Shown here: positions 31,346-32,000 of the stretch, in pieces | Position numbering within the stretch: position 1 is the first letter of the stretch | How the letters are laid out: the number at the start of each line of letters is the position of its first letter | NCBI GenBank assembly: GCA_016700015.1 | Contig: CP064995.1 | Span: 660,001-692,000, forward strand | Source: Candidatus Saccharimonadota bacterium | GTDB taxonomy: Bacteria; Patescibacteriota; Saccharimonadia; Saccharimonadales; Saccharimonadaceae | Reading direction: 5' to 3' | Length of the DNA stretch: 32,000 nucleotides | The notes under the pieces: generated by a model | The model's database searches: none | What the model was told of the DNA's origin: nothing | The model's input: the letters and a program-made list of their open reading frames with translations, nothing else | Program-made: the position numbers and the translations under genes

Positions 31346-31423
31346 ATGACCAAAATTAATAAGCTTGGCATAACCATTGGAATTGTTCCGTGGTTTTTCA
31401 TCAAAATCAACATCGAAAAGTAA
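31346..31423 (+). CDS. candidate 25-aa hydrophobic peptide (MTKINKLGITIGIVPWFFIKINIEK)
   Basis: It is preceded by an extended -10 TGgTATAAT (31307..31315). There is no SD. The stop abuts the repeat-1 hairpin. Very speculative. Confidence 0.15.
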   Translation: MTKINKLGITIGIVPWFFIKINIEK

Positions 31424-31426
31424 AAG

Positions 31427-31498
31427 AAAAAAACCTCCTTTCGGAGGTCTTCTTGAAAATTCGGCACCGTGCTAGTTTCCCACTTGTGGCAGTATAAT
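31427..31498. repeat. 72-bp direct repeat, copy 1 (orphan copy of the 5S 3' end + terminator)
   Basis: Identical base-for-base to 31634..31705: AAAAAAACCTCCTTTCGGAGGTCTTCTTGAAAATTCGGCACCGTGCTAGTTTCCCACTTGTGGCAGTATAAT. Confidence 0.95.
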
Positions 31499-31633
31499 AT
31501 CTTTGCTTTGCAAAGATGTAAAATTGCGTCGTCTCGGAAAATAAAACGAGTTTTCTTTTCGCTCGCCTCCTTATTTTATCCGCCGTCGGGCTTATACTGC
31601 GCAAAAGCGGGAAATACCAAAAATCGAATTTAC

Positions 31634-31656
31634 AAAAAAACCTCCTTTCGGAGGTC
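31634..31656 (-). terminator. intrinsic terminator of the rRNA operon (after 5S)
   Basis: Minus strand reads GACCUCC-GAAA-GGAGGUU followed by U-run (7 consecutive U counting the terminal UU of the stem arm). The stem is GC-rich with a GNRA loop. Confidence 0.8.
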
Positions 31657-31705
31657 TTCTTGAAAATTCGGCACCGTGCTAGTTTCCCACTTGTGGCAGT
31701 ATAAT
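31634..31705. repeat. 72-bp direct repeat, copy 2 (the last 39 nt of the 5S rRNA gene plus its terminator)
   Basis: Perfect match to 31427..31498, with a 207-bp period. Confidence 0.95.
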
Positions 31706-31775
31706 CGCCGCTGATGAGCTTGACTTCTGTGTTCGGAATGAGAACAGGTATTTCCTCATCGCCATGGGCACCGAA
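31667..31775 (-). rRNA. rrf: 5S ribosomal RNA
   Basis: Minus strand reads UUCGGUGCCCAUGGCGAUGAGGAAAUACCUGUUCUCAUUCCGAACACAGAAGUCAAGCUCAUCAGCGGCGAUUAUACUGCCACAAGUGGGAAACUAGCACGGUGCCGAA. The conserved CCGAACACAGAAGU.AAGCUC..CAGCG.CGAU core is present, and the helix I termini pair (9 bp including 2 G-U). Confidence 0.85.
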
Positions 31776-31899
31776 GAAGGGGGTCTGAAGCGCTTGGACC
31801 CGTATATCTCCACGGTGGGCCAAACCCCTTTCTTCGATGTCCTTGTTGCACGGATGTAGTTGATTGTAAATAATTGACCGGTGTTATGAACACCAATTA

Positions 31900-32000
31900 C
31901 TAGTTAAGTCTAGTCCACTTTACAGTGGATTTCAAGATGGCTTCATTCGAATGAGATACGAGGTGCTCACCGAGAACCGAACAAGCTGTACAAAAGGTAC
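31900..32000 (-). rRNA. probable 3' end of 23S rRNA (partial, continues past window end)
   Basis: It lies about 125 nt upstream of 5S on the same strand. Minus strand ...GGUGAGCACCUCGUAUCUCAUUCGAAUGAAG...GGACUAGACUUAAC loosely resembles the bacterial 23S terminus (...GAGCUAACCGGUACUAAUGAACCGUGAGGCUUAACC). The call rests mainly on operon logic. Confidence 0.4.

Noticed and set aside
31427-31705. The 72-bp repeats as a CRISPR array or IS inverted repeats
   Set aside because: There are only two copies, in direct orientation, and one copy is part of the 5S gene. No cas or transposase genes are present and there are no terminal inverted repeats.
31096-31823. ORFs 31096..31467 (123 aa) and 31407..31823 (138 aa), minus strand
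   Set aside because: They run through the 5S rRNA gene, both terminator hairpins and the 72-bp repeats. The translations are low-complexity and partly repeated because of the DNA repeat, so these are not genes.
1-32000. Defence islands, toxin-antitoxin pairs, prophage or integrative elements, tRNA genes
   Set aside because: I found no integrase, transposase, nuclease-NTPase defence architecture or tRNA-like sequence (no GTTCGAATC-type T-arm in intergenic DNA). Apart from the items reported, the window is housekeeping.

Overview
This is a dense chromosomal core region, coded mostly on the minus strand, with about 40 protein genes. They include metK, ileS, nrdR, ftsZ, ftsA, map, adk, rpsU, recJ, priA, def, fmt, infB and rpsA. 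The right edge carries a 5S rRNA gene and the probable 3' end of a 23S rRNA gene.

The protein styles suggest a small-genome, Gram-positive-type or CPR/Saccharibacteria-like bacterium; this is inference only. The cues are a 323-aa MetK, a 591-aa IF-2, a 4-domain S1, a type-2 IleRS, FtsA-FtsZ without FtsQ, an orphan type IV pilin, an LPXTG protein and a VKOR.

I recognised no transposase, integrase, CRISPR array or known defence genes.

RNA and regulatory elements read from the sequence:
- a SAM-I riboswitch with terminator before metK
- a T-box-like leader in front of a small ORF that overlaps ileS
- several intrinsic terminators
- a recurring pattern of (extended) -10 boxes 6-10 nt upstream of start codons, suggesting leaderless mRNAs

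The most unusual observations, in rough order:
1. ileS carries an in-frame insert of about 175 aa. The insert has all the hallmark motifs of a low-molecular-weight phosphatase/ArsC-fold domain, placed at the entry to the editing domain.
2. The T-box-like leader controls an AT-rich 129-aa ORF wedged in front of ileS, rather than ileS directly.
3. The NrdR homolog has lost all four zinc-ribbon cysteines.
4. A promoter-driven three-gene cluster has no recognisable function. It encodes a 911-aa membrane protein with DPLDALxxGTYVP tandem repeats plus two small paralogs that share a motif with it.
5. A perfect 72-bp direct repeat duplicates the 3' third of the 5S rRNA and its terminator 207 bp downstream.

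All family calls rest on motif recognition by eye; no searches were run.
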